From positions 28,421 to 92,420 of the IMG/VR virus record IMGVR_UViG_3300023082_000010: a stretch of 64,000 bases of DNA, one strand, 5' to 3'. The translations under genes were made by a program, and so were the position numbers. The DNA comes from a virus. Shown piece after piece: positions 55,275 through 64,000 of this stretch. Each line of letters starts with the position of its first letter. The stretch's first letter is position 1. A model generated the notes under the pieces. That model was not told where the DNA came from. It saw only the letters and a program-made list of their open reading frames with translations, and ran no database searches.

Positions 55275-55589
55275 TTAGAAGCCTTCTTTAAGTTCACTCT
55301 TCATGATCATAGCCACACCATCTACAATCATCACTACACCCACCTTCTGGGCTGCATACCAGCTAGTATTGAAGGTTTGGTAGCCTTCCACTTTACCTTT
55401 GAAGTAGATACGAGCACCTTCTTGTTTAGTGGTGAAGGTATCACAAACAACCCATTCCACTTTGGTACGTTTCTGTGCAGGAGCTACTTTTTTGATGCAA
55501 GTGTAGCCATAAGGTTTACCTTGGAAGAATTGAGGCATCGTTACATCACTACCGCAGCAAGTGCACTGAACGAGTTTAGGAGTAGCCAT
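55275..55589 (-). CDS. Zn-binding early protein
   Basis: CTCCG...YGYTC; GGAG SD and own promoter. Confidence 0.6.
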   Translation of the reverse strand: MATPKLVQCTCCGSDVTMPQFFQGKPYGYTCIKKVAPAQKRTKVEWVVCDTFTTKQEGARIYFKGKVEGYQTFNTSWYAAQKVGVVMIVDGVAMIMKSELKEGF

Positions 55590-55647
55590 GGTATTTCTCC
55601 CGAAGAGGGTAGGATCTGGATGACCCTGTTTCCCTTTCTGTATGTTC

Positions 55648-55675
55648 AGTATAGCAAGGCTGTAGATAGGTGCAA
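55648..55675 (-). promoter_or_regulatory. Early sigma70 promoter
   Basis: TTGCAC-16-TATACT with TG extension. Confidence 0.6.
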
Positions 55676-55753
55676 GGAGAATTTGAAAGAAAATAAAGAT
55701 ATTTTTATTACGGGCAGGTGGGGTGATTACCTCTAAGCCTCCTTAGTAACCCA

Positions 55754-55782
55754 AGCATAAGCCAGGATTAGGAGACTGTCAA
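55754..55782 (-). promoter_or_regulatory. Early sigma70 promoter
   Basis: TTGACA-17-TATGCT. Confidence 0.65.
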
Positions 55783-55786
55783 TAGT

Positions 55787-55987
55787 TTATTTAGGCATTT
55801 CAGGGATGTAGCACCAATGAGTGATTGACCTATTACACGTATCACCGTCAGGCCACTCCCAGGGGTTTAGCTCTCTGTTCTTCCTAACAGCGAAGAAAGG
55901 TTGATAGGATGTCTTTCCTACTCGACAAACTAGAACCCTCACATTAGGCTTAGGAAGAGATTCTTCTACTTTAATCCAATCTGACAT
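55787..55987 (-). CDS. DUF551-like protein
   Basis: MSDWIKVEESLP...ITHW..IPE.P. Confidence 0.75.
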   Translation of the reverse strand: MSDWIKVEESLPKPNVRVLVCRVGKTSYQPFFAVRKNRELNPWEWPDGDTCNRSITHWCYIPEMPK

Positions 55988-56015
55988 ATTATTTACCTAT
56001 TGTATTGATTAGGGA

Positions 56016-56318
56016 TTACTTGCAAAGCTTCTGAGCTGCTGTATTGAACTTGATAGCCATTTCCATTACATGTTCATCAGTGGTATTGAATTCGCAGATA
56101 AACCCAAGGTTGAAACGCTTTTCACCATGAACCAGATAAAAGAAAGTGTTGTTAACAATCTCTAGGCTCCACAGTGTGTCTGCATCAGGTTGAAAGAACA
56201 CTTGAGGATTGACATAGGCAACTTCACCTTGTTTGGTATATGTGATAGTAGTCCAGTCAAAGGAAACAGCAAGGAGAGCTTTCTTAACCATCTGATATTT
56301 AGCTTCTTGTGCGTTCAT
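56016..56318 (-). CDS. Hypothetical early protein
   Basis: AAGGA SD. Confidence 0.55.
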   Translation of the reverse strand: MNAQEAKYQMVKKALLAVSFDWTTITYTKQGEVAYVNPQVFFQPDADTLWSLEIVNNTFFYLVHGEKRFNLGFICEFNTTDEHVMEMAIKFNTAAQKLCK

Positions 56319-56610
56319 GTTCTTTATTCCTTTGACTGGTTTGTATGTTTGAATTGTAGGGTATTTAATGCTTCTAGCTCTTTACGTCAAGCTTTTTCTT
56401 AAAACAACCTCAAAAGAACTTCACCACCTCTCTGATGTCAATATCTCTCCCTTGCCAATCCTTCCCAACAAGCTCAATAGCCTTCCATACAGCTTCTGAT
56501 TCTGACATAGCACACACTACCACCCACAGGATATTCTTTGTAATAGAGGTGTTATACGATACAGTAAACATAAGGAATTCCTTTTAAGAAGAGTTTGTTT
56601 CGTTAAAAGA

Positions 56611-56640
56611 ATTATACAAGAAAGGGTTATGAATGTACAA
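56611..56640 (-). promoter_or_regulatory. Early sigma70 promoter
   Basis: TTGTAC-18-TATAAT. Confidence 0.55.
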
Positions 56641-56672
56641 GGAGTTGTTTAGGATTAGTGTAACTAATAGAT

Positions 56673-56696
56673 AAAAGAAAGCCCTCCGAAGAGGGC
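56673..56696 (-). terminator. Rho-independent terminator with UUCG loop
   Basis: GCCCTC-TTCG-GAGGGC-TTTCTTTT. Confidence 0.85.
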
Positions 56697-56712
56697 ATAT
56701 TTCTAGCTGACC

Positions 56713-56943
56713 TTAGGCTTTCCAGAAGTTACCTTTGTTAGCTTGTAGAGCACACACCTGAGCAGCCTTAGCGACAAGCTTTGCCACCTGATTGACAACA
56801 TTAGGCACTTCCAGTTTGAACGCTTCACAAGCCAATTCATAAGTCTGACCATTGGTCTTAGCTACCAATTTTAAAGCATCTTCCAAAGCAATCTGTACGA
56901 AAGCTGGGGAGTTCATGAAAGACATTGCTGTGTATGTGGTCAT
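56713..56943 (-). CDS. Hypothetical early protein (monocistronic)
   Basis: Flanked by its own promoter and terminator. Confidence 0.65.
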   Translation of the reverse strand: MTTYTAMSFMNSPAFVQIALEDALKLVAKTNGQTYELACEAFKLEVPNVVNQVAKLVAKAAQVCALQANKGNFWKA

Positions 56944-56989
56944 GGCTTCTATCTCTTTGGTGACTAGCTGTTTGCTTGTCTATGAGTCC

Positions 56990-57018
56990 ATTCTAGAGAC
57001 ATTCAGAAGGCAAGTCAA
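56990..57018 (-). promoter_or_regulatory. Early sigma70 promoter
   Basis: TTGACT-17-TAGAAT. Confidence 0.7.
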
Positions 57019-57190
57019 CAGGTGTTTGCAGAAACTCGATAAATTCTTTCTCTGGTGTTTCTGTGCAGTCAGCCCAATCAGCGTAGAAGTGAGGGATTTC
57101 TACAGGATGGCACCAACGAGCACGAACCTTATCAGGACTGATCATAAACCTATACCCTTGGCCTTTGAGCGTCATAGCCCATCTCTCCAC
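56993..57190 (-). CDS. Hypothetical early protein
   Basis: ORF track; GGAG SD. Confidence 0.5.
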   Translation of the reverse strand: MERWAMTLKGQGYRFMISPDKVRARWCHPVEIPHFYADWADCTETPEKEFIEFLQTPVDLPSECL

Positions 57191-57329
57191 AAATCTCTCT
57201 TATCAACACGCTTAGTCGCCAATGTCTTGTCTTTACGTGAGGTCGATTCTTCAGAATCTCTTCGTTCATAACGCTTAGCTTTTGTAAAACGTTCGAATGT
57301 GTTTGTCTGGGTTGCAGCATTGCTTGTGT

Positions 57330-57659
57330 TCATTTGTTTCTCCATACAGCAGGGACTGGGTAGTCTTTGAATTCTGTGATAGCTGTCAGACGAATAAAAC
57401 TAGACATCACTCCCACACAGCGTTGATAGTGGGTGGAATCTTCAGGAATACCATACATCCAGCCATTAGATGGATTCAAACCATCAATCCAATCTTTAGT
57501 CTGCATAAGATCATACTCTTTAACGATCTTTGACAGCACTTGCGTAATGTGGTAGTCACTAAAATGATGGTAATAGACTTTAGAATAGAGACGCCTTACA
57601 CGAAACTCAGGAGATTTACTTTTAAGGGCTCGTACAAACAAAGCGTCATACTTATTCAT
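57330..57659 (-). CDS. Hypothetical early protein
   Basis: ORF track; GGGGA SD. Confidence 0.55.
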   Translation of the reverse strand: MNKYDALFVRALKSKSPEFRVRRLYSKVYYHHFSDYHITQVLSKIVKEYDLMQTKDWIDGLNPSNGWMYGIPEDSTHYQRCVGVMSSFIRLTAITEFKDYPVPAVWRNK

Positions 57660-57813
57660 TTCATATCCCCAAACAGTTCATTCCACTTGTTAACACCTTG
57701 TGTGTTAGCCTCCACACATCTCACATGCCACACTCCATCAGATGTGCGATACAGCTTGCAAGCTATCTTGTGTGAAGCTAATAGTTCTGCGATGGAAAAT
57801 GCTTTTATCTGAC

Positions 57814-57996
57814 TCATTTAGATTCAACCTCGTCAAGGAAATAGACTGTGAATCCCTGTTTCTCTAGCATCTCTTTAGAATGTTCCAATCCCCTGTTGAA
57901 CATCCGACCCCCATAAAGCTCGTTACCAAACTCACCCCAAGCTTCTTCTCGGCGTGGCAAGATTAGGGTGGGTTTTGTTTCTTCTGAAGAATTCAT
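57814..57996 (-). CDS. Hypothetical early protein
   Basis: GAGGTG SD. Confidence 0.55.
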   Translation of the reverse strand: MNSSEETKPTLILPRREEAWGEFGNELYGGRMFNRGLEHSKEMLEKQGFTVYFLDEVESK

Positions 57997-58044
57997 CTCA
58001 CACCTCGCTCAAAGTTTTAATGTAGTGTTTCGTTTTGATAGCCC

Positions 58045-58073
58045 ATCTTACCAATGTCTTGTATGTGTGGCAA
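58045..58073 (-). promoter_or_regulatory. Early sigma70 promoter
   Basis: TTGCCA-17-TAAGAT with TG extension. Confidence 0.6.
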
Positions 58074-58080
58074 GCTTTAA

Positions 58081-58275
58081 TTAGTTACCACCATTCAGTT
58101 TTTCATTAAGAACTTCGATGATATCTTTTGCTGAGCAGTCTGCATCAAGACCAAGCATGTTCCTGACAGACTGGATAATGTGTGCCGCTTCTTTGGCAGC
58201 CTCTTGTGACTGAGCGTTCAGCACACTGCAATCACCGAGTTTAGCCAACTGCCAATCAATATTTTTGATGTTCAT
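58081..58275 (-). CDS. Hypothetical early protein
   Basis: Coupled ORF. Confidence 0.55.
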   Translation of the reverse strand: MNIKNIDWQLAKLGDCSVLNAQSQEAAKEAAHIIQSVRNMLGLDADCSAKDIIEVLNEKLNGGN

Positions 58276-58276
58276 T

Positions 58277-58888
58277 TCAAAGTGCCTTCAAAGTAGAGTA
58301 GTAATGTGCTGCTTTATGGGATAATTCTACAGCTTTCTTCCAAGCTCTGCAACCCTTCACAATGACTTTTTTCACACTATTTTGATCGCTAACTGTCTTG
58401 AGCCACTCTGGCGCAGATTCATCACCCACGCCATTCTGTGCAGTGTTTTCTCCGCCATATTCAGCGTATTGTTCGTCATAATCATAGCTGTCTTCATCGT
58501 CTGAAGGGGTTGGCTCAGGTTTCTTGACAGAGACAGCTTTCTTCAGTAGCTCCTGGGCACGTGAACGCTTGGAACACAAAACATCTCTCAGGAGGCTATA
58601 TTCGGAGATTTCCATCTTGCCTGATTTATATTCGGCCTCAAGCTCAATCAGTTGGTCGGTGAGTGTGTTCACACGTTTCATCTGAGGTAGGATGCGATCA
58701 ACCAAAGGAATAGAGGTCTTACGCTTCTCTGGTGCAGTGTTGTCACCGTACTTCGAAACGTTGGCCGAACCATCCTTGTTGAAATGAGATGCATCACGAG
58801 AAGCCCCAAGACGATTACCCATAAGCTGCTCACCCGAGTAATCATACTCATCAGCGTTAGCCCATGAACCGATCAGATATTGTCTCAT
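58277..58888 (-). CDS. Hypothetical protein with SHOCT-like helix and acidic linker (start MRQYLIG)
   Basis: GAGGTG SD before ATG 58888; LEAEYKSGKMEISEY. Confidence 0.55.
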   Translation of the reverse strand: MRQYLIGSWANADEYDYSGEQLMGNRLGASRDASHFNKDGSANVSKYGDNTAPEKRKTSIPLVDRILPQMKRVNTLTDQLIELEAEYKSGKMEISEYSLLRDVLCSKRSRAQELLKKAVSVKKPEPTPSDDEDSYDYDEQYAEYGGENTAQNGVGDESAPEWLKTVSDQNSVKKVIVKGCRAWKKAVELSHKAAHYYSTLKAL

Positions 58889-58907
58889 GCTACACCTCAA
58901 AGCTTTA

Positions 58908-59795
58908 TCAGTTGACTTGCCATGAGTATAGAGCCTCATAGACACGGCTGTCAAGAACATTTTTATATTCATCTGCAACAGCTTTTACAGCAAGCTCTTT
59001 TAGCACCTTATACCACTGTTGCCCAGACTCACGAGTTTTGAAACTCTTACTTAATTTAACCCCTGAATAATCTCTAGTTGTGAAGTAAAAAGTTCCAAAC
59101 TTGTCAGGTCCACGTCCTTTCACGTCAGAGCGAATTATTAAGCTGTTGATACGAGCTGGCACGAAGCAACATGCACTTGGGGAGTATTCACGATTACCAC
59201 TCACCAGAATGTCTTTATCCAGCTGCCAACCTTTCAAACCATACCCAACTTGATCTACAGCCCAACCAGCAAAGTTTTGAAAGCACAACCACTCTTTTGT
59301 AACACTAACATCAAAGTAGTTCCTATGCTCATAAGCTGTGCTGTGACAACGTTTTATCATGTGAACCCAATGAGCATAAGCAACTGGATGCGTCTTTGGT
59401 GAAAAATCTCCGTAGCCTATATACCCAACACTTGATGCTATAGGGGCCATGTAGTCCATGATCTTGCCTCTTAGGATATTGCCCGCAGGGTGCCATGCAA
59501 CCGTTCCCGTATTGTTGAATACCACCTTAACATTAAAAGAATCTTTCCATTCAAGAACAGTAACATCCCCATACATAGTTGTAGGTAAAATTTCACCAAT
59601 CCTTTCTCTCAAACAATTGGACCAATCCTTAACTTGTCCGCTACGAATGGCTCCAACTTCTGCCTTCGTAATGTACCCAGTTGCGATAAATTTAACAGTG
59701 GCACTCTTAGGTCCGTCAATCGAGATTACCTGAAGCTTACCGAAGTTATTCGTTTCATAAACACCACCGACCTCAACAGCTTTATAACTTGTCAT
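58908..59795 (-). CDS. HNH-type (DKD-variant) endonuclease with two N-terminal repeats
   Basis: WVHMIKRC, VTKEWLCFQNFAGW, LDKDILVSGNREYSPSACCFVPARIN; same architecture as 27877..28614. Confidence 0.75.
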   Translation of the reverse strand: MTSYKAVEVGGVYETNNFGKLQVISIDGPKSATVKFIATGYITKAEVGAIRSGQVKDWSNCLRERIGEILPTTMYGDVTVLEWKDSFNVKVVFNNTGTVAWHPAGNILRGKIMDYMAPIASSVGYIGYGDFSPKTHPVAYAHWVHMIKRCHSTAYEHRNYFDVSVTKEWLCFQNFAGWAVDQVGYGLKGWQLDKDILVSGNREYSPSACCFVPARINSLIIRSDVKGRGPDKFGTFYFTTRDYSGVKLSKSFKTRESGQQWYKVLKELAVKAVADEYKNVLDSRVYEALYSWQVN

Positions 59796-59854
59796 ACATT
59801 AAATCTCCTAAATAAGTTTAGCCCCAATTAAGGGGCTTTTTTGTTTTACATCAA

Positions 59855-60280
59855 TTATTTCTTAGGTGTTTCTTCAGCAAGCTCACGCTTAGCTTTAGCA
59901 AGAATCCCTTTCAGCACATCAAAAGCATCATTACCAATCTGCTGTGCTTGTGGTGTCTCTGCAATCTTCTCTCCGGCATACACAGCAGCCATTGTATACA
60001 TCGTCTTTTCGGAAGGTATTAAACTGGCAATGAAGCCCAAAGACAAAGTGAGCACAAACACTTTAAGAATGCGTTTACCCCACAAACCACACACCTTGTT
60101 TTGTTTATCAATCTGCTCTTTATCCTCCCAGCTGTATGTGGCTGTCCTGAAGTTTGAAACTGCCAATAGGATTAAACTAGCGCTTAATGAAACAAAACTA
60201 CCAATAAAACTAATAACTCCAAGGCTTGTAGCTAAAGCTGGTAAGATTCCCATCAGATATACAATAAATACTAAGCTCAT
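59855..60280 (-). CDS. Membrane protein
   Basis: Hydrophobic segments; IPSEKTMYTMAA motif common in phage membrane proteins. Confidence 0.65.
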   Translation of the reverse strand: MSLVFIVYLMGILPALATSLGVISFIGSFVSLSASLILLAVSNFRTATYSWEDKEQIDKQNKVCGLWGKRILKVFVLTLSLGFIASLIPSEKTMYTMAAVYAGEKIAETPQAQQIGNDAFDVLKGILAKAKRELAEETPKK

Positions 60281-60295
60281 ACCATTTCTCCTTAT

Positions 60296-60520
60296 TTAAT
60301 CGCGGTAATTTTTGTAGATATTCTGTTGCTTAAGTTCTCTGAGCAATTGATTCTGCTCTTTAAGCAAAGCATTTGTAGTCCTCTGTGCAGGTTTGCCGCT
60401 ACTACATGCTGCACAAATTATCCAGACTATCGCCCAAGGAAACCAGAACAATGTGATAATTGCATGTACTACATGTGATCCCGGTCCCATTTTAAACCAC
60501 CTCACTAACAACAAAGTCAT
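60296..60520 (-). CDS. Small membrane protein
   Basis: HAIITLFWFPWAIVWII hydrophobic hairpin. Confidence 0.5.
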   Translation of the reverse strand: MTLLLVRWFKMGPGSHVVHAIITLFWFPWAIVWIICAACSSGKPAQRTTNALLKEQNQLLRELKQQNIYKNYRD

Positions 60521-60640
60521 AAAGAGCCAACATCATCCCAACAACAACACACAAGACAGCATTAACTGTGCTATATGGAACTGTCATGATTGCTGCATAA
60601 ATGAGGGCTGTGTACAGAATGTATGTCAAGAACTGTTTCA

Positions 60641-60865
60641 TTATAAAGCACCGTTGTATTTAAAGTATTCAGGCCAACGAGAGGCCGAAAAGCTATGAAA
60701 TTTAGCTAAACTTGTATTTTTATAGTGGATATCACCGTACTTGTCCATGGTAAATTGGTAACTCTTACCTTCATAAAAGGCGATATCTCTGTTGTCCATT
60801 ACAACATTTTTTACACACAAGAAAAGTAGCATCTCAATTCCCCTTGCTAACCACATAGCGACCAT
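60641..60865 (-). CDS. Hypothetical early protein
   Basis: ORF track. Confidence 0.45.
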   Translation of the reverse strand: MVAMWLARGIEMLLFLCVKNVVMDNRDIAFYEGKSYQFTMDKYGDIHYKNTSLAKFHSFSASRWPEYFKYNGAL

Positions 60866-61016
60866 TCAGGCCATCGTTCAATTTAGCTGCCCACTTGTCG
60901 GCAGAAGCTTTCGTACCCCTTTGTGCAACGACTTCTTTGGTCAGTGTGTCGATGATGGAGAATTTCATGCCTGTGTCCTTTGGTGTGTGAGAAGCTTTGT
61001 GCTTCCTATGTGTTAG

Positions 61017-61045
61017 ATTCTAATCCCTCACCACACCCCTGTCAA
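61017..61045 (-). promoter_or_regulatory. Early sigma70 promoter
   Basis: TTGACA-17-TAGAAT. Confidence 0.75.
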
Positions 61046-61166
61046 CAAGAGAATTGAGAAATTTGTGGATTATTTTAGGCTCATTTCAAAAATGATGTAC
61101 AGATTCCAGAAGATGTCTAGTGTGCAGACCATTACACCCACAAAAATCACTGTCCAACCAATTATT

Positions 61167-61469
61167 TCAAAGAACGTATTCATTCCCAATTCCTCTTAAT
61201 TGTCCTAGGCTTTTGTCACAGTTCAAGCGCTCGATTTCGTCTCCGAAGGCTGCCCAGCCCCTGCGAAATTCATCTGTGTGCCGTAAGTCCGGTGAAAATT
61301 TTGGCATTATAATCTCAGGCTTTTTTACATCAAGGTTTGGTTTGTTTCTTACGTTCTGCTCCAGTATTCGACGCAATACATCAATAAATTCCACCGGACA
61401 GTCTTCGTGCTGGTGTAGGTGCTCCAGCAGCTCACGCGGCACGCTCACCACTTGTGTGTTGTTGTTCAT
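61167..61469 (-). CDS. Hypothetical protein, temperate-phage-like
   Basis: VSVPRELLE and GW.A..DEIERLN motifs; GC-richer DNA. Confidence 0.55.
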   Translation of the reverse strand: MNNNTQVVSVPRELLEHLHQHEDCPVEFIDVLRRILEQNVRNKPNLDVKKPEIIMPKFSPDLRHTDEFRRGWAAFGDEIERLNCDKSLGQLRGIGNEYVL

Positions 61470-61636
61470 CAGTCGTTATCCTTGTTCCGGTAGAAGCTTG
61501 GCTCCTTCAGGTGAAGATCGACTGTCTCGCGCGAACCCTTCGCTGCTGGCGCGTTTTGCCAGCAGCTCTCGTCGACGTTGCAGGCGATGAAGTTCGCGGA
61601 TGGTAAGGATTGGTGGGTTTCTAGGTAGGCTTTCAT

Positions 61637-61939
61637 TTAAAAACCAACTGCAACAGTTTTAGCAATCGATGTCGGATACTTCTCATCCCAAAGGAGCACG
61701 TCGTGGGCTTTCCTGATCAACTCCCGCGCCTTGGTCAGTTCGTATTGGGCCGAATCGCGCTGTTCTAGTAATAGAACCGAATCTTTAAAGAACTTCTCGC
61801 GCTCACTCCACAATTGCCTCACCTCTGCCTGTAGCAAAGCCACAACACGATCATGGTCATCTTCTGCCACATACAACCCCATAGGTTCTGTAGCTTGCCC
61901 TCTATAGCGAGGTACGTGTAGTTCACGACTATTCATCAA
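61637..61939 (-). CDS. Hypothetical coiled-coil protein, temperate-phage-like
   Basis: YVAEDDHDRVVALLQAEV...ELTKARELI; GAGG SD. Confidence 0.55.
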   Translation of the reverse strand: MMNSRELHVPRYRGQATEPMGLYVAEDDHDRVVALLQAEVRQLWSEREKFFKDSVLLLEQRDSAQYELTKARELIRKAHDVLLWDEKYPTSIAKTVAVGF

Positions 61940-62258
61940 AATTCCCCTCGTTTCATCTTACGTTCAAGTTTACGATTATCCTGTCGAATACGTTTAGATT
62001 CTTTCCTATCTCGTTTGGAAGAGGATGTGCCAGCACCTTCATCGCTATCAACCCATTCATCCGCACTGTATGTCTGTTCAATATTGCTTTCGTATTGCGC
62101 TTGCATTTGTTAGTCCTTAGTTATAAATCAGTTTTGCTGACAGCTTACAATCATTAGCCCACTCATACATCTCTCCTAGACCCAACCCGTAAGCAATACG
62201 AGCATCTGTCCAGTTAGATGAGTCTTTATACCAAGCAATGGTGTCTTTGAGGATATTT

Positions 62259-62570
62259 TTATAAGACTGTTTGAAGCGTTTTGACTTTTTCATTTTCAGG
62301 CCCTTCCATGAATGATTTAATTGCTTTAACACGACCAAGATAACCCACTTCTTGATCATTTTCAAGTGGTAATTCATCAGTCCACAAAGAAAGATGTGTG
62401 CGAGTACAATGCTCACCCAAGCTCATAGCATATGTCAAATCTTTTGCCAGCTCCTCCCAACCAATCCAGTATGAGCGTGTTGGACGACTTGGCAGCTTAT
62501 GAGCCACGTCTACACATTCCTGTTGCTCTGTGCGGGCGATTGCTTTTTGTAGCTTAAGTAGGTAGCTCAT
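62259..62570 (-). CDS. Hypothetical protein
   Basis: Coupled ORF. Confidence 0.5.
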   Translation of the reverse strand: MSYLLKLQKAIARTEQQECVDVAHKLPSRPTRSYWIGWEELAKDLTYAMSLGEHCTRTHLSLWTDELPLENDQEVGYLGRVKAIKSFMEGPENEKVKTLQTVL

Positions 62571-62839
62571 TTTGTGTAATCACCCCAATTGTCAGATTCT
62601 GTAACAAGGATATGATCAATTACTTTGTAAGGCAAGCCTTTTTCTTTCATAAAGTTCAACGCACCAATACAAGGTTTAGTATTATCAGAGTGGCAAGCCC
62701 ATATTTTATTGTGAATCTGCCGCATTGCTACGATATCGTAAGGTTCGGGTAGGCATCCATAGTTTTGTACTTTGTCAGAAGCTTCTGTCCAAGCAAAAGG
62801 ACAAGTACACTCAGTAGAATCGTGGTCACATACACTCAC
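62567..62839 (-). CDS. Cys/His-rich conserved phage protein
   Basis: CPFA...QNYGCLPEP...WACH...KPC.G; GGAGGTG SD. Confidence 0.6.
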   Translation of the reverse strand: MSVCDHDSTECTCPFAWTEASDKVQNYGCLPEPYDIVAMRQIHNKIWACHSDNTKPCIGALNFMKEKGLPYKVIDHILVTESDNWGDYTK

Positions 62840-62984
62840 AAAACACCTCCAATCTCAGCATTCATTTTCCAGATAACGTCTGATAAAACCTTGCCTGAAA
62901 CATCTCTCCACTCCCCTCGGCTTTTACTGTATATCTGAGGCATCATAAGTCCACAGTATGTTATAAAGATGCGTCTTTTTGGAA

Positions 62985-63314
62985 TCATACATACTCCAAA
63001 TCTTGAAGGTTTCTAGCATTCATAATATCTTGAATACGGGCTATCTTTAGGCTATCAAGATTTTGTTGTGCCAACCTTTTATCCACTTGACTGTCTATAT
63101 GGTCATTAACGCGCTTAAACACATCCTCAAGGTTAGAAAACTCAAACCCATTGATGTGGACAGAGAATTCAATATTCTTAGAACTCCACTCAGGGGCCTT
63201 AACCATTTGGTTAAACTTACTCTCCGGGTTGCTGTGAGTGTCGGGGTCACTAGATGCACAAGTGATCAGAAACCAATATGCAAAGCTTTCTCGGTCTTCC
63301 ATACTCAGTTTCAC
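62985..63314 (-). CDS. Hypothetical protein
   Basis: GGAGG SD; coupled. Confidence 0.55.
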   Translation of the reverse strand: MKLSMEDRESFAYWFLITCASSDPDTHSNPESKFNQMVKAPEWSSKNIEFSVHINGFEFSNLEDVFKRVNDHIDSQVDKRLAQQNLDSLKIARIQDIMNARNLQDLEYV

Positions 63315-63496
63315 AAAACACCTCCAAGATCTTTCTCAACACGACGTACCAATTCACCTCTAAAGTGGTTTGATGCCACTGGAATGTCATCTTGATCAAC
63401 ACAATACCAGACATTTTTCTCATACTGCTTGTCATGTGATTTACGAAACCGATAACCAAGGCTGATAAGTGTAGCTTCCACTTGTGCTGTGTTCAT
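63311..63496 (-). CDS. Hypothetical protein
   Basis: Coupled ORF. Confidence 0.5.
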   Translation of the reverse strand: MNTAQVEATLISLGYRFRKSHDKQYEKNVWYCVDQDDIPVASNHFRGELVRRVEKDLGGVL

Positions 63497-63732
63497 TAGA
63501 GCTTACCACTTTCAATAAGATCAATTGCAACCTTACGGGAGCAGCCTGTGTATTCCATGACAGTGGCTATACGTGGGTCTTGCTCAACATCAAGAGCAAG
63601 TTCTCGAATAATAATCTGAGCCATCTGGTCATAGTGACCGTCATAAACAGGCAAGCCATATTCATATGGGTCGGTGTCTCTTGCATATTGATCTAATACG
63701 CCAATCATTTTTAAAATCTTTTCGTAGTTCAT
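63496..63732 (-). CDS. Hypothetical protein, LD-x10-YGLP family with C-terminal UBA-like helix pair
   Basis: Paralog of 43219..43386; IATVMEYTGCSRKVAIDLI tail. Confidence 0.55.
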   Translation of the reverse strand: MNYEKILKMIGVLDQYARDTDPYEYGLPVYDGHYDQMAQIIIRELALDVEQDPRIATVMEYTGCSRKVAIDLIESGKL

Positions 63733-63765
63733 CTCATTTCCCCTTCAATTGTCGTAGCTGATGCT

Positions 63766-64000
63766 TTAGATTGTAGATTGTGCAGCCTTACTTGACTTGA
63801 AGTGCCCTTTCACATTCTTAATGTACTGTGTATCAACAATGAGCTTTTGTTCCCAAGCCTCTTCTGAGCAGACAGGTTTTGTATAAAGATAGCCAGTCTT
63901 GATTTCCTCTTCCACGCCTTGGACAATCACTTTACAACGCTTGTCACCATCATAGTAGAGAATCTTAACCTCACGAATAGGTGCCTCTTCTCCTGAGATA
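63766..64000 (-). CDS. Partial hypothetical protein (5' end outside window)
   Basis: Open frame ...APIREVKILYYDGDKRCKVIVQGVEEEIKTGYLY...*. Confidence 0.55.
   Translation of the reverse strand, partial: ISGEEAPIREVKILYYDGDKRCKVIVQGVEEEIKTGYLYTKPVCSEEAWEQKLIVDTQYIKNVKGHFKSSKAAQSTI

Noticed and set aside
59820-59843. Hairpin AGCCCC/GGGGCT as terminator for the minus-strand early genes
   Set aside because: The U-tract is on the plus strand, so its direction does not fit; function is unclear and it is not listed as a feature
1-64000. Prophage / temperate lifestyle
   Set aside because: No integrase, repressor, att site or host genes are recognisable in this window; the rest of the genome is unseen

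Overview
A 64-kb piece of a lytic-looking tailed dsDNA phage with a contractile tail (myovirus). Its gene organisation is FelixO1/PAK_P1-like, and the host is probably a Gram-negative gammaproteobacterium such as Pseudomonas (inferred from spanins, sigma70 promoters and some Pseudomonas-prophage-like small genes; not proven). Layout, left to right: (i) the C-terminal end of an SF2-helicase-like gene (+). (ii) A long minus-strand late region (~0.5-35.3 kb). It holds a lysis cassette with two apparent spanin pairs, a tail fibre and tailspike, baseplate, tape measure (apparent ATC start), a -1 frameshifted tail chaperone, tube, sheath, neck, capsid, protease/scaffold and portal. The large terminase is split inside its Walker A motif by a 230-nt ORF-less group I intron and lies directly behind a free-standing endonuclease; accessory fibres and a putative small terminase follow. 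(iii) A ~900-nt non-coding block with one tRNA(CAU), a tRNA-like element and an array of hairpins with GGA / anti-Shine-Dalgarno loops. (iv) Divergent operons around 39.2-39.5 kb: leftward a wHTH + family-A-polymerase-like gene; rightward LMW-PTP-like, PhoH, ClpP-like, dCMP deaminase, SLOG, a second SF2-helicase-like paralog and many small ORFs. (v) A ~1-kb non-coding junction (candidate genome end/origin), then a minus-strand early region with many near-consensus sigma70 promoters. Best candidates for undescribed biology: a shared imperfect palindrome next to both helicase-like genes and the polymerase-like gene, the GGA/anti-SD hairpin RNA array, and the intron + free-standing endonuclease pair. 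All family assignments come from motif recognition by eye; no database searches were run.
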